DNA of 64,000 bases from the IMG/VR virus record IMGVR_UViG_2889931527_000001; one strand, given 5' to 3'. Under the pieces are notes generated by a model that was given only the letters and a program-made list of their open reading frames with translations, was not told where the DNA came from and did no database searches. This DNA comes from a virus. Its lineage: Duplodnaviria > Caudoviricetes. Numbering within the stretch: the first letter of the stretch is position 1; the number at the start of each line of letters is the position of its first letter. The translations under genes were made by a program, and so were the position numbers. This document shows, piece after piece, positions 19,158-29,559 of this stretch.

Positions 19158-21560
19158 TCATGGTACTTGCTGCGTTTCGGTATACTCTCCCATTGCGACT
19201 GTAATTGTGGTTCCGCTGGGAGCAGTTACAGTAAGATATGCGTAAACAGGTCGAATTTCAAGCCCTACATAATAGGTTTGTCCTTGACTTATGGTAATTG
19301 TTTTGGTTTCAACCGACCCGTCTAACATACCGGATACCGTCCATTCTCCGGCCGTGGGCGGATCATATTGAATCGGAGCAGTATAGATAGAAACAAACGA
19401 ATAAGTCCCATTCGATATTGTGATTTCACTTCCAACGGGAGCAGTAACAATGATCTGTGTATCGCTTTGAGGCTGTACGGGTGGCACAAGATCATTCCAT
19501 CCGTTATCTCCACTTTGACAGATTACAGATGCACCATTTATCGGCCCACTTTCCATCCATGGAATAGACCCGAAATACGGCTGTGGCGCTTGATTATCTC
19601 CTGTCTGCATGGTGATCGCTGCTTGGGTTTCTATTCTCCAAAAGTTTCCTTTTCTGTCTCGCAGGAACTTAGGGTCGGTGCTGGTAGATAACTCCCACAA
19701 TGCAGTGGCTTGCTCAACTGTATCAATATAACGATTGTTTACCATATCTACTTTCCCGATATATCCGGTTAATGTAGACGAAATATAATTATACGAGGTA
19801 GGTTGGCGAGTCGGATACGGAGTGAAATTCTGTAACATATTCGGTGTATTGTTGTTTGTAAGTGCATCCGTAGACACATTGTTGCGGAAAATATGCACAC
19901 CATTGACATGATACACACCATCTGAATTTTGTATGCAGTCTAATACGGTCCAGTTCCAGTGCATTGGGAATACTATATTGGATGGCAAAGCATCTGATAC
20001 ATACTGTGTTTCTCCTAGCGCAAACACATAATAGGTATAATTCACCTGATTTCTATATCCTTCATCCACAATTTCTGTGGTAGATATGTCTAAGTTTGCT
20101 ACCAGAGATAGAGCGCTGTCACCTTGCGCTTGCCGATATAATGCCACGCCTACCAAATTTTCATTTGGAGTTATGTTCCCAGCATTTAGGCCGGTATCGT
20201 TGAATGTGGCAAGAAATAACGTATCAAGCCCCCATGTGGGTTCATATTGCAAATCATAGAGTAGGTCATGGAGTGAATCACCCGAAACCTCTCCATCAAG
20301 GGCTGTTATCCATTGGCATATTTGTTGTCCATAGAGTGTAATGCTTGATATGTTCGGCTGCACCCATGTCAATGGGGACTTGACAGCATTCCATATAATC
20401 ATTCCAGAATCAGGATACAATATATTGGACGGATATAGCGATTCGCTAGGGAACAGCCCTCCTTTATAGGTCGCATAGTATACATGAAGTTCTCTTGGTG
20501 TAATTACAATGCGGAGCGGCAGCGACGATTGAATAGAATCGATTGTTACAGAACCAACTATGACATCTCCATTCATGATTGAAATGGACTCTGGCGTTAC
20601 GTTAACATTGATCGTTCCGTTTATGGATAGAGCCGGAGATGTTCCGTTTGGTGGATAGAACGATGACCACGCAATCGACCACGGAGTTTCGAAGTCCATA
20701 GGTGCGCCGTTCTTTTCATCCCAAGTCACAGACGAACCTAGCGGAAGATTCAAATTGCCGTTTTCAATCGTATAGTTCCCATTAGCTGTCCCAGGGATGT
20801 ACGACACACGCGACCACCGAACCAATATGCCGTCATAAATTCCCGGACAGGCTTCGACATATCCGGTGAAGTCGCTTACTGCATATTGAACAGTAAATTC
20901 TTGCCATCCCGTATCTGCTTGCATTCCATACTCGGTCTGAATCTGGCAGCGTACTTCATAAGTAGTTCCAACCAACAAACCGTCATAAGTGACTTGGATA
21001 TCCTCTGTTCCAAAGATTTCTCCTGAATCTTGGATCGGAGAATCTTCGCTTCCTTTAACTGCAAGCTGCCATCGGAACCAATCCAGAGAATCGCCTTGCG
21101 CTTGAGAGTAGTCGGCTGTAAATGTTGCCATTCGGCTTGTAACCGGTGACGTAAATGCTTGAATTGAAATGGTCGGCTCTGATCTTGTCCAGAAGAAGGA
21201 TGGCGAAATCTGTTCGAGCGACCCTCCACTCCACCATTGCGTGATAAGCATTTTATATCCGCTTTCGAATCCGTTTGAAAGACCGCTCAGTGCTGATGCT
21301 TGGACCGGAACATTATAAAACTGCACTGTTCCAGTGCTGCTTGTGCCGTAAAATGGTGGATTGACTGGCGTTTCTCCGCTGTCGAACACTTTAGATGATT
21401 CTTCTGTGTTCTCGAAAATTTGAATCTGGTATGCTGTCAACGCAGACGAACCATTGACTTGCCATGATATTGTTAAGTCCTGCGTGACATCAATAACGCC
21501 ACCACCCACACCCGCGAAAGAGGACGGAAATATGTTGGTCGGCTGGAATAGTGGCATCAC
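19158..21560 (-). CDS. Large tail/baseplate protein with fibronectin/Ig-like domains
   Basis: FN3-like segments (LLVGTTYEVRCQ); KFLRDRKGNFW distal-tail-like C-terminal motif. Confidence 0.7.
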   Translation of the reverse strand: MMPLFQPTNIFPSSFAGVGGGVIDVTQDLTISWQVNGSSALTAYQIQIFENTEESSKVFDSGETPVNPPFYGTSSTGTVQFYNVPVQASALSGLSNGFESGYKMLITQWWSGGSLEQISPSFFWTRSEPTISIQAFTSPVTSRMATFTADYSQAQGDSLDWFRWQLAVKGSEDSPIQDSGEIFGTEDIQVTYDGLLVGTTYEVRCQIQTEYGMQADTGWQEFTVQYAVSDFTGYVEACPGIYDGILVRWSRVSYIPGTANGNYTIENGNLNLPLGSSVTWDEKNGAPMDFETPWSIAWSSFYPPNGTSPALSINGTINVNVTPESISIMNGDVIVGSVTIDSIQSSLPLRIVITPRELHVYYATYKGGLFPSESLYPSNILYPDSGMIIWNAVKSPLTWVQPNISSITLYGQQICQWITALDGEVSGDSLHDLLYDLQYEPTWGLDTLFLATFNDTGLNAGNITPNENLVGVALYRQAQGDSALSLVANLDISTTEIVDEGYRNQVNYTYYVFALGETQYVSDALPSNIVFPMHWNWTVLDCIQNSDGVYHVNGVHIFRNNVSTDALTNNNTPNMLQNFTPYPTRQPTSYNYISSTLTGYIGKVDMVNNRYIDTVEQATALWELSTSTDPKFLRDRKGNFWRIETQAAITMQTGDNQAPQPYFGSIPWMESGPINGASVICQSGDNGWNDLVPPVQPQSDTQIIVTAPVGSEITISNGTYSFVSIYTAPIQYDPPTAGEWTVSGMLDGSVETKTITISQGQTYYVGLEIRPVYAYLTVTAPSGTTITVAMGEYTETQQVP

Positions 21561-21579
21561 ATCACCGCCTTTCTATAAT

Positions 21580-21650
21580 AAAAAAAGGCCGCAACCTGCC
21601 CAATGCAGATTACAGCCCCAATCGACTTTCTTCTATCCCCAACCGGAAAG
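21580..21650 (-). terminator. Class B attenuator variant
   Basis: AGTCGATTGGGGCTGTAATCTGC...GCAGGTTGCGGCC-TTTTTTT. Confidence 0.6.
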
Positions 21651-21656
21651 AAACTG

Positions 21657-21728
21657 AAAAGGCGCAGAACTCACCAAAGCATACCTAGACTTGTATTCTG
21701 GTACGTTTTGGCGCGTTCCGCGCCGCAT
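21657..21728 (-). promoter_or_regulatory. Class A leader attenuator upstream of the tail operon
   Basis: CGGCGCGGAACGCGCCAAA...TTTGGTGAGTTCTGCGCC-TTTT after a TTGCAT-17-TATAAT promoter. Confidence 0.7.
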
Positions 21729-21783
21729 CAATCATATTATTTTATATTATTATATCACACATAAACGGAAAATGCAAGAGCAA

Positions 21784-22563
21784 TTATGAAGGAGGGCCAA
21801 ATGATACGGTCAAACCACCGCCGATCTCTACCTCACCGCCGGTCATTAACTTAGCATTGCGATATACCGCGATATGTCCGGTCTGTGAAGTATCGCCAAA
21901 TATCTCATTCACGACGCTTCTACCATCTGGCTTTCGTACAAAGCAGTTGCCGCTTCCGGACACCAATGTGATATTATACACGCCAGGTGCAATATCTTTA
22001 CCAATCTCGTAAACTCCCGCTGAAAATTCATAGCTTTGTGTTGAATCTTCTAACCCCGAACCGTTTGTTCCTTCGGTTGGGTCAACGACAGGCCCATTGT
22101 AATCAATGTGTCCAAAATCTGATGATATTTTCAAAAAATCCGTATTCCCCGATTCATCTGTTTGTACATCAGAATCATCCGATTCTTGGCTACTAACCGC
22201 AGGTTCATCCATGCTTGCGGCGTTCTTGTTTGAAAGAAAGTCTTTTAATTTTAATGCGCCAAAAGCACCACCGCCAATAATCGCAAGAGCCAATATGGTG
22301 ACTATGATTTTTTTCATAATGGATTTTTTCTTCTTTTTCACGCGCTTCTTATCGGGCTGGATACTTTCGGATTCTTTTGTACGTTGTTGGGCAACTATTC
22401 GCTGCATGGCATCACGATTTAACGCCGGGTCTGCCTGATAAATGTTTTCTGGAAATTCTACGCGAGTTCCGCATTTCGGGCATGTTCCAGCCCCGCCAAA
22501 TTCGCACCGCAGTTTTTGTCCGCATTTCGGGCAGGCTACAACCACTTTATCTCTGTTTTCCAT
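21784..22563 (-). CDS. Zinc-ribbon + transmembrane + extracellular-domain protein (moron)
   Basis: CPKC twice; TM helix IIVTILALAIIGGGAFG; AGVYEIGKDIAPGVY. Confidence 0.75.
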   Translation of the reverse strand: MENRDKVVVACPKCGQKLRCEFGGAGTCPKCGTRVEFPENIYQADPALNRDAMQRIVAQQRTKESESIQPDKKRVKKKKKSIMKKIIVTILALAIIGGGAFGALKLKDFLSNKNAASMDEPAVSSQESDDSDVQTDESGNTDFLKISSDFGHIDYNGPVVDPTEGTNGSGLEDSTQSYEFSAGVYEIGKDIAPGVYNITLVSGSGNCFVRKPDGRSVVNEIFGDTSQTGHIAVYRNAKLMTGGEVEIGGGLTVSFGPPS

Positions 22564-22721
22564 AGCTATCCTCCCTTTTAATCAATCTCTATACCCTACT
22601 TTTATTTTACCATATCAAGAATCCATTTCCAATACAAATGCAAAGAAATATTTTTGGGAAAACGCCTTGACTTTTCAGGATATCCGATATATAATTTGGA
22701 TATCCAGAAAGGAGGTGCAAG

Positions 22722-22904
22722 ATGTCACCAAATATTGGGCGACCGAAATCAAATAATCCAAGAGATTTGCAGTATCGTTTGCGCTTAACCGAAGATGAAG
22801 TTAATAAACTGAATTTTTGTTGTAGGGTATTAGGTCTTACAAAAGCAGAAGTGTTGCGGAACGGATTGGAAATTATGTTTGAAAAAGCCCAAAGTTCCAA
22901 ATAA
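22722..22904 (+). CDS. RHH/CopG-like small repressor
   Basis: MSPNIGRPK...YRLRLT...TKAEVLRNGL; GGATATCC occurs twice in its promoter. Confidence 0.8.
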   Translation: MSPNIGRPKSNNPRDLQYRLRLTEDEVNKLNFCCRVLGLTKAEVLRNGLEIMFEKAQSSK

Positions 22905-23020
22905 ATTAGGCGTTCGTTGCCGTGACAAAGCTTGACGAACGCCTAGTGTATCAATCCTAAAGAGGATGATAAATCCATTCTATCATCCTCCTTGGGGAAA
23001 ATCAAGGAGGAAAAGCAAAA

Positions 23021-23281
23021 ATGAAAAACAGACCCTTTCCAGAGATCATAAACGCGCACCATGCGGATGCACTAAGCCGAATGGAAGAAGATGCAGAACT
23101 GAATGCGTTGTACGAAGCGGAATGGTCGTTGCCGTGCGAAGATGTTCGCAGCATGCTAGATAGCGGCGACGTGAACGCGGCTTCTGATTTCATCGCAATG
23201 CACCAAGTCAAGACCGAGCGCATGGGATTCCTGCTGGGCTACCGCTACGCCATGCAGTTGGCACGGGAAATCTTTGTGTAA
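23021..23281 (+). CDS. Conserved 86-aa phage protein (copy 2 of 3)
   Basis: Same protein sequence as 10966-11226. Confidence 0.8.
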   Translation: MKNRPFPEIINAHHADALSRMEEDAELNALYEAEWSLPCEDVRSMLDSGDVNAASDFIAMHQVKTERMGFLLGYRYAMQLAREIFV

Positions 23282-23341
23282 TTCACACAAAGAATACACC
23301 CTTGACTTCGGCTGAAAAATCGCATATACTATGACCACACA

Positions 23342-23411
23342 AACGGCGCACTTCCGCGCCACTCATACAGTCAATCTGTATTAGTGGTCGGGGTGCGCCG
23401 TTTTTCGTTTT
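23342..23411 (+). promoter_or_regulatory. Class A leader attenuator
   Basis: Near-identical to 11287-11356. Confidence 0.7.
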
Positions 23412-23430
23412 CTCAGAAAGGAGCAATAAC

Positions 23431-24183
23431 ATGAATGAATTGCAAATTTTCCAGAATGCAGAGTTTGGAACGATTCGAACAATCGAGGAAAACGGCAAAG
23501 TGCTTTTCTGTGGGTCGGATGTGGCTAAGGCATTGGGATATAAGAATCCCAGTAAAGCACTTTCAGACCATTGTAAGGGTATAACGAAACGTTATACCCC
23601 CACTAAGAGCGGGACGCAAGAAATGAATTTCATTCCAGAAGGCGATATTTACCGCTTGGCGGCAAAGTCTGAGTTACCTGGCGCAGATAAGTTTGAAAGC
23701 TGGATTTTTGATGAAGTTCTCCCATCCATTCGCAAGCATGGAGCATACATGACACCGGAAACACTCGAAGCCGCAATCATGAATCCAGACACCCTTATCA
23801 AGATTGCAACCGCGCTCAAGGATGAACAAGAGAAGCGCAAGGCATTGGAAATCGCCAATTCCGCACTAACTGTGGACAACCAGATTATGAAACCCAAAGC
23901 GGACTATTTCGATGAAATCGTAGATAGGAACCTGCTTACAAATTTCCGCGAAACGGCAAAGCAACTTAATGTGCCGCCGAGAAAGTTTGTAAGCTTCCTG
24001 ATCGAAAAGAAATATGCCTATCGAGATAAGAAAGGTAAGCTCCAACCCTACCAGCAGTATGTAGAAAGCGGACTATTCAGCCTGAAAGAGTGTTTGAATG
24101 AAAAGACCGGATGGGGAGGAACACAAACACTCATTACGCCGAAGGGACGTGAAACGTTTCGGCTGCTGTTTATTGCTGCGTAA
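23431..24183 (+). CDS. Phage antirepressor (Bro-N + KilAC)
   Basis: Paralogue of 11377-12132 with a different central Bro-N patch. Confidence 0.92.
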   Translation: MNELQIFQNAEFGTIRTIEENGKVLFCGSDVAKALGYKNPSKALSDHCKGITKRYTPTKSGTQEMNFIPEGDIYRLAAKSELPGADKFESWIFDEVLPSIRKHGAYMTPETLEAAIMNPDTLIKIATALKDEQEKRKALEIANSALTVDNQIMKPKADYFDEIVDRNLLTNFRETAKQLNVPPRKFVSFLIEKKYAYRDKKGKLQPYQQYVESGLFSLKECLNEKTGWGGTQTLITPKGRETFRLLFIAA

Positions 24184-24250
24184 CCTATCATAGAATTTTA
24201 GCATTGAATATAGCTACTCAATATGCATTTTCTATGAAAGGAGCACAGAA

Positions 24251-24558
24251 ATGAATCAAACGTCTACGTTGCAAATTTTGAAGTCCGAAACATTTGGAAC
24301 AGTAAAATGTGATTTCTATGGCGACGGAAATCAAGTATACATGACCCGAGAGCAAATCGGAACTGCTTTAGGATATTCCAACCCCAAACGCGCCATTTCA
24401 GATATTCACAAGAGACACAAGGAAAGACTGGACAAGTTCTCAAGGGTAACGCAGATTGCGTACCCCTCCGGTGGAAAACAAGATGTGTATATCTACAACA
24501 GAAAAGGCGTTATGGAAATCTGCCGATGGAGTCAACAGGAAAAAGCTGATGCTTTTAT
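24251..24558 (+). pseudogene. Bro-N antirepressor 5' fragment interrupted by the tnpB element
   Basis: Same as 12200-12507. Confidence 0.8.
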
Positions 24559-25880
24559 CGAAGGCGGCGTAATACCCCTTGCTTCAGCTATGGGGATATA
24601 AGCCGTATATTAAGAATTGCGATCATAAGGAGGTGAATCACTATGGAATATTCGTATCGGTTTCGAATCTATCCGACAAAGGAGCAAGAAGCACAGATTG
24701 CTAAGACGCTTGGTTGCTGCAGATATGTTTACAATCACTATCTTGCCATGAGAACACAAATCCACAAGGACAAAAAAGAATCTATGAACTACAATGCTTG
24801 TTCTAAAGATATGACAGAACTCAAAAAATCTTTGGATTGGCTGAAAGAAGTGGATTCTACGGCTTTACAATCTGCATTGAAGTTTTTGGATACGGCGTAT
24901 CAGAACTTCTTTCGCCGCTTGAAGACGGGCGAAAAACCTGGATATCCCAGATTCAAAAGAAAACACGACCCCAGACAAAGTTATACCAGCAAATGTGTGG
25001 GCAAGAGCATTCAGGTTCTTGAACATGCGGTGAAGCTGCCAAAGTTAGGTAAAGTCAAATGCTGCATTTCCAAGCAGGTGCAGGGACGGATTTTGTCTGC
25101 CACTGTAAGTCGAAACCCAAGTGGTAAGTATTTTGTTTCTTTATGCTGTACGGATGTATCCATAGATGCTTTGCCTTCAAAAGGTAAGTCTGTCGGAATT
25201 GATCTCGGCATAAAAGCTTTTGCCGTTTCTTCTGATGGTTTCACATATCAGAACCATAAGCATCTTACCAGCAACCAGAAGAAGCTTGCCAAGCTCCAAC
25301 GTCAGTTGTCCAGAAAAACAAAGGGCAGTAAACGCAGGGATAAGGCAAAACAAAAGGTTGCACAGCTGCACGAACGGATTGCAGACCAAAGAAAGGACAT
25401 GCTACACAAGCTATCCACAAAGCTAATTCGTGAAAATGATATCATTTGCATGGAAGATTTGGCTGTCAAGAATATGGTCAAGAATCATAAACTAGCAAAA
25501 TCTATTGCAGATGCTTCGTGGGGCGAGTTTCGCAGACAGCTAACCTATAAGGCAGAATGGTATGGTCGGAAGCTGGTCGTCATAGACCGATTCTATCCTT
25601 CCAGTCAGATGTGTTCTGCTTGTGGTACATTGTGGTCTGGCACAAAGGATTTGGCTGTTCGAAAATGGACGTGTCCAGATTGCGGCACGGTACATGATAG
25701 GGATGTCAATGCAGCGAAGAATATCCTTGCAGAAGGACTTCGCATGTTGGCATAAATTTTGCATGGTAGGGCGGGACACGCCCAAACCCATACGCTCAGG
25801 GAGACTATGTAAGACCTCGCAGGTGCAGGCAACGGTCGCTGAACTGAGAATCCCCTGCCTTTAGGCATGGGGAGTGTCAA
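24559..25880 (+). mobile_element. IS200/IS605-family (IS1341-like, tnpB-only) element
   Basis: TTTAT before the left-end hairpin; right end ...GGGGAGTGTCAA; no tnpA. Confidence 0.9.
24643..25755 (+). CDS. tnpB: RNA-guided endonuclease TnpB
   Basis: [11 protein letters not shown]; RuvC residues GIDLG, MEDL, DRDVNAA intact; CxxC...CxxC zinc ribbon. Confidence 0.95.
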   Translation: MEYSYRFRIYPTKEQEAQIAKTLGCCRYVYNHYLAMRTQIHKDKKESMNYNACSKDMTELKKSLDWLKEVDSTALQSALKFLDTAYQNFFRRLKTGEKPGYPRFKRKHDPRQSYTSKCVGKSIQVLEHAVKLPKLGKVKCCISKQVQGRILSATVSRNPSGKYFVSLCCTDVSIDALPSKGKSVGIDLGIKAFAVSSDGFTYQNHKHLTSNQKKLAKLQRQLSRKTKGSKRRDKAKQKVAQLHERIADQRKDMLHKLSTKLIRENDIICMEDLAVKNMVKNHKLAKSIADASWGEFRRQLTYKAEWYGRKLVVIDRFYPSSQMCSACGTLWSGTKDLAVRKWTCPDCGTVHDRDVNAAKNILAEGLRMLA

Positions 25881-25896
25881 TGTCCAGATTGCAGAT
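25760..25896 (+). ncRNA. omegaRNA (reRNA) scaffold plus flank-derived guide TGTCCAGATTGCAGAT
   Basis: Structured right end conserved in the miniature copy; established TnpB architecture. Confidence 0.7.
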
Positions 25897-26138
25897 AGAT
25901 GGGGCGGTGCTGCACATATACAGGACATACATAATGAACTCTACCGACTGCTTGAGCAAACAGCGCATGTGGACTTAAAGCGCAGAGTGGAAAATCGTAG
26001 GCGGCGTATGGCGGAAGAGGGTATATGCAAATCAAGACGGGGAAAGCTGAACCGCCTAGATATTATCGCAGACGACCCGAAACTGATGCCGATTTATTTG
26101 GATTTGGTGAAGCGGATGGCAATTAAGAACAATGTAGA
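25881..26138 (+). pseudogene. C-terminal fragment of an antirepressor-like protein
   Basis: VQIADRWGG...RRRRMAEEGICKSRRGKLNRLDIIADDPKL...MAIKNNV; no start of its own. Confidence 0.65.
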
Positions 26139-26826
26139 TAGCCTGGGTGTACAGTGCCATGATCTTGGAATACATGCCAGCCATGATTGCGTTGTAGTAC
26201 CAGCCGATATCCGTATCGTTTGCGACCATCTGATACCACTTGATGGTTGCATTCGCTGTATACCAATGCGGATTGAGTGTTACCGTGCCATCGTACAGAT
26301 AGTTGGTGGATGCCGAACGGTTTGCGCCCGGTGCAGAATCCTCAAACAAGAAAATGTCGTTGCTGTGAATTGTGATTTCCTTGGTCTGTCCCATGGGAAC
26401 AGTAGTCATTTCCAGCAACATACCGCCCGCATTCGCAATGGTGTACGGCAGAAGCGGGGTGATGACCTCACGAACAACGCCCGCCATAGTAGCGAGAAAT
26501 GTTCCGTTGCGTTGCAAAGAAACATCATTAACGACCTCTTGGTAGGAGGACGGCGGTTGCTTGCCTTGCTGTGCATATGCGCACGCTGCGCAGAACATCA
26601 TGAGCTTTTCTTTATGGCCCTTTGCCATAGTCGCGTATGTAAGCTGATCTTTCAGTACCGGCTGATATTCATTGTTCTTGCGCACCTGATTGCTCATGCG
26701 TCCTGCATATTCCATTGCCACCAGGCGACCGCCTGCAATCAGGTCATCGCGGGAAATACCCGCCGTTTGATTTCCCTTGTGAGAAACAAAAATTTCATTG
26801 GAAATGCTGTTAAGTTTCAAAGACAT
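26056..26826 (-). pseudogene. Major capsid protein, probably 3'-truncated near 26140
   Basis: Follows portal/protease/decoration genes; last ~27 codons are antisense to the antirepressor fragment. Confidence 0.7.
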
Positions 26827-26845
26827 TCTTTATTCAACCCCTTTC

Positions 26846-27463
26846 TTATGCACCAACTTGCGGAGCGTACTGTGCAATCATGCGATAGCACTGACCGCCG
26901 TTCCAGGTTGCAACCGTATAGTTTTCAGCACCAGAAGCATTGAGGATTTCGAAGTAGAATCCAGTACCCGCAGCCGGTTTCGAGTTGGATGCAACCAGCA
27001 GACCGTTTGCAATCGTTACATACTTGTATGCTGGAAGCGAAGTCGGCGTAGTAGAGAAGTTGCCGGTTCCAAATCGATAAATCTCGCCCGCAATAATCTT
27101 GGTAAATGTACCAATCTCGCCTGCCGGGAGTTCAAGACCTGCGGTTTCTGCACCAAGTCTCCATGTATTTCCATTGGAACCGGTAACGGTATTGATGTCA
27201 TAGCTGTTGAATGCATAAATTTCCGGCGCGGTGCCATTGCTCGCCGGTGCGCCGCTGGTGGCTGCGTTCATCACCCATTGGTTGCCGTTGTTGATGTTTG
27301 TATATCCGCTGCACGGGATGAGTTCAGTCTTTACGCAAAGAAAACCAGCCGCGCAAATGTCCGGTTCGCTGGACGTTTCAAACGTACCGGCAATATTCTG
27401 CATTGCGTTATTGATAAGATTCGAGTTTTTAACCTCGAAGAAGGTATTTGCAATAGAAGCCAT
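26846..27463 (-). CDS. Capsid decoration/cement protein (putative)
   Basis: Between scaffold and capsid genes; Ala/Thr/Gly-rich beta composition. Confidence 0.6.
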   Translation of the reverse strand: MASIANTFFEVKNSNLINNAMQNIAGTFETSSEPDICAAGFLCVKTELIPCSGYTNINNGNQWVMNAATSGAPASNGTAPEIYAFNSYDINTVTGSNGNTWRLGAETAGLELPAGEIGTFTKIIAGEIYRFGTGNFSTTPTSLPAYKYVTIANGLLVASNSKPAAGTGFYFEILNASGAENYTVATWNGGQCYRMIAQYAPQVGA

Positions 27464-27485
27464 GTACTTTTACATCTCCTTTCAT

Positions 27486-28856
27486 TTAATTGCAGGTGCG
27501 TTGCACCAAAGAATCGATGGAATCTACAATGCCTTGGGCACTGTTTGTCTTAATGAAATCCGGGTCAAATGAGTAGTTGATGACCGGCTTTTGGTTCTGC
27601 GCTTGGTTTACTGCCATTGTGCCGATCTTTGCCATTACAGCTTCCACGGCTTTTTCAGCGCCAATCCAATCTCCGTCCGCATTGCAAATGGATGTATACT
27701 TGCCAGATTTGATATCTTCCATGACTTCGTTGGCAATCGTTTCATCCATTCCCATGCAGACTGCCTTCTCTGCGGCATCCTTGACAGCATCCTCGCATGC
27801 TTTCATGCGGCGCGCGGTTTCCTGCTTCTTCATTTCTTCAACTTGGGTTTCCAGTTCCTTTACGCGGCCTTCTGCGGCTTCACAGCGTGCCTTCATCGTT
27901 TCGCATTGTTCGTTTGTTTCCGTTACGGCTTCGGAAAGCATCGAGAAAATGTCCACGGAAAGCGCTACATCGTCATCAAACTGGTGCTGTGCAGACAGGG
28001 TAATGGGAGTAATCCGGTCGGGGATAACCACACCATGTTCCTCTGCGTTTCCCTTATATGCGCAAGGCGAACCGTCTGCCGAAAGCAACAGGACATGCGT
28101 TCCATCATCGTTCATGTTAAGAACACGATAGTCCGGGAAACGCGCCTGTACCGCTTTCAACAGCTTTTTGTTGCTCATTGCATTCACAGTGTTCTTCACT
28201 CCTTTTTCGTTATTGGTTTGCGGCTTTGTTTGGAGCGCGGCGGCTCTTAGTTGCAGTTCATGGAACTTTCCTTGGATTTCCTTCATGGCGCGAATATGTG
28301 CGCCGGGAACTGCGGGAGCGACGCCATCGCCCAAGATGGTTACGCCAAGGCCAACCCATTCCTCATAAATCTCACGATCTGCGGCACGGACAGCCTTTGT
28401 GACGTTGGTTTCGGCAGACACATCCATGCGCCCCTGTCGCGCAATCTTGTCTACCAATTCAGGATTATAGAAACGCCAAAGTTTTCCTTTAGCGATAATC
28501 CACGTTTCCCCATCGCGTTCCTCCAAACGGATTGCGTCGGGTCTATCGTAAATTTCACCTACAATGCGTTCAGCCGTAGGTGCTAAAAAGGAATAAGATG
28601 CTTCTCCGGTTAACGGATCAATCTTTTCCTTCATGTTGTGGCCGTCCCCGATTTGTTCACCTACATAGGCGCATAAAATCGGAGTCCCACGAAATGTTTT
28701 TGCAAATTTATCCAGATTGCGATAATCCCAGTTGTTGTCATTCAATCCAGACCGCATTACATCCATTTCAATCTCGTAGTTGAGATTTTTGTCTTGGCTC
28801 AATACACGGATTTGTCCAACCGAATCTGGCGTTTTTTTGGTTTTTATGCCCATCAA
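27486..28856 (-). CDS. Prohead protease/scaffold fusion
   Basis: GTPILCAY...GDGH...VSAE...GVTILG..VAPAVPGA protease pattern plus coiled-coil C-terminus. Confidence 0.75.
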   Translation of the reverse strand: MMGIKTKKTPDSVGQIRVLSQDKNLNYEIEMDVMRSGLNDNNWDYRNLDKFAKTFRGTPILCAYVGEQIGDGHNMKEKIDPLTGEASYSFLAPTAERIVGEIYDRPDAIRLEERDGETWIIAKGKLWRFYNPELVDKIARQGRMDVSAETNVTKAVRAADREIYEEWVGLGVTILGDGVAPAVPGAHIRAMKEIQGKFHELQLRAAALQTKPQTNNEKGVKNTVNAMSNKKLLKAVQARFPDYRVLNMNDDGTHVLLLSADGSPCAYKGNAEEHGVVIPDRITPITLSAQHQFDDDVALSVDIFSMLSEAVTETNEQCETMKARCEAAEGRVKELETQVEEMKKQETARRMKACEDAVKDAAEKAVCMGMDETIANEVMEDIKSGKYTSICNADGDWIGAEKAVEAVMAKIGTMAVNQAQNQKPVINYSFDPDFIKTNSAQGIVDSIDSLVQRTCN

Positions 28857-29434
28857 TCGTCATCCTCCCCAGAATCCGGCAAGTCGTATCGAGATTTCAC
28901 CCACTTATCAAAGCTGGATGCGCTCGGCTGATTCCCCCACATGGCCCATGATTCAAGCAGTTTGGTGCGATCTGTGCTGTTGTCGATTTGCAGTTGTTCT
29001 GCCTGCCGTGCCAGCGCTGGGAATTTCCCTTGCATTTCGCTGGGCGCTGTACCATTCGCCCCTCGACGTTTATCTGCAACGTCGATAAACATTTGCAGCC
29101 TGCGGTCAATAGAATCCGTAAGTTCTACACAAACACGGAAAACTTCATCCAACGACTCAAGCGGTTCGGCTAGTTCTGCGGTCCCTGGATACTCGATTTC
29201 CAATCCTTCCTGCCGCATTGCATCCGAAAACTGGTCAATGCGCGGCGGCTGTTTGTGTTCCAGCGAGTGGATTGCATCAGCCAGATATGGCATTGCATAA
29301 CGTCCCCAAACCACTTCTTTGATTGCTGCGAAATAACGCTCTGCGTCCAAGAATGCTTTCATGACTTCACGCATCGGGTCGCGCAAAGCGTAAAACTTTG
29401 GGTTTTCATAGTTGAAATAGTCTCGTTTTGTCAT
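28853..29434 (-). CDS. Helical (ferritin-like) head-module protein
   Basis: Start MTKRDY; helical-bundle pattern. Confidence 0.55.
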   Translation of the reverse strand: MTKRDYFNYENPKFYALRDPMREVMKAFLDAERYFAAIKEVVWGRYAMPYLADAIHSLEHKQPPRIDQFSDAMRQEGLEIEYPGTAELAEPLESLDEVFRVCVELTDSIDRRLQMFIDVADKRRGANGTAPSEMQGKFPALARQAEQLQIDNSTDRTKLLESWAMWGNQPSASSFDKWVKSRYDLPDSGEDDD

Positions 29435-29456
29435 TTTCACCATCCTTTTGTGCATG

Positions 29457-29540
29457 AAAAAAGGGGCTGCAAACCACATTTCTGTGATTTACAGCCCCGA
29501 TTGGCTCTACTCTCAATCCAATGTAAGAGAGGGTTCAATA
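29457..29540 (-). terminator. Class B attenuator
   Basis: Small hairpin, then AGCCAATCGGGGCTGTAAATCACAGAAATGTGGTTTGCAGCCCC-TTTTTT. Confidence 0.8.
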
Positions 29541-29559
29541 TTGAATTGTTGCTTTCGCA

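Larger units (their letters stand above)
22600..24604 (+). repeat. Cassette copy 2 (direct repeat of 10549-12552)
   Basis: See copy 1. Confidence 0.9.

Noticed and set aside
13682-21560. Diversity-generating retroelement acting on tail fibres
   Set aside because: No reverse transcriptase and no adenine-variant repeat pair seen.
25867-26943. 358-aa plus-strand ORF
   Set aside because: Chimera of the IS end, an antirepressor remnant and the antisense strand of the capsid gene; no RBS.
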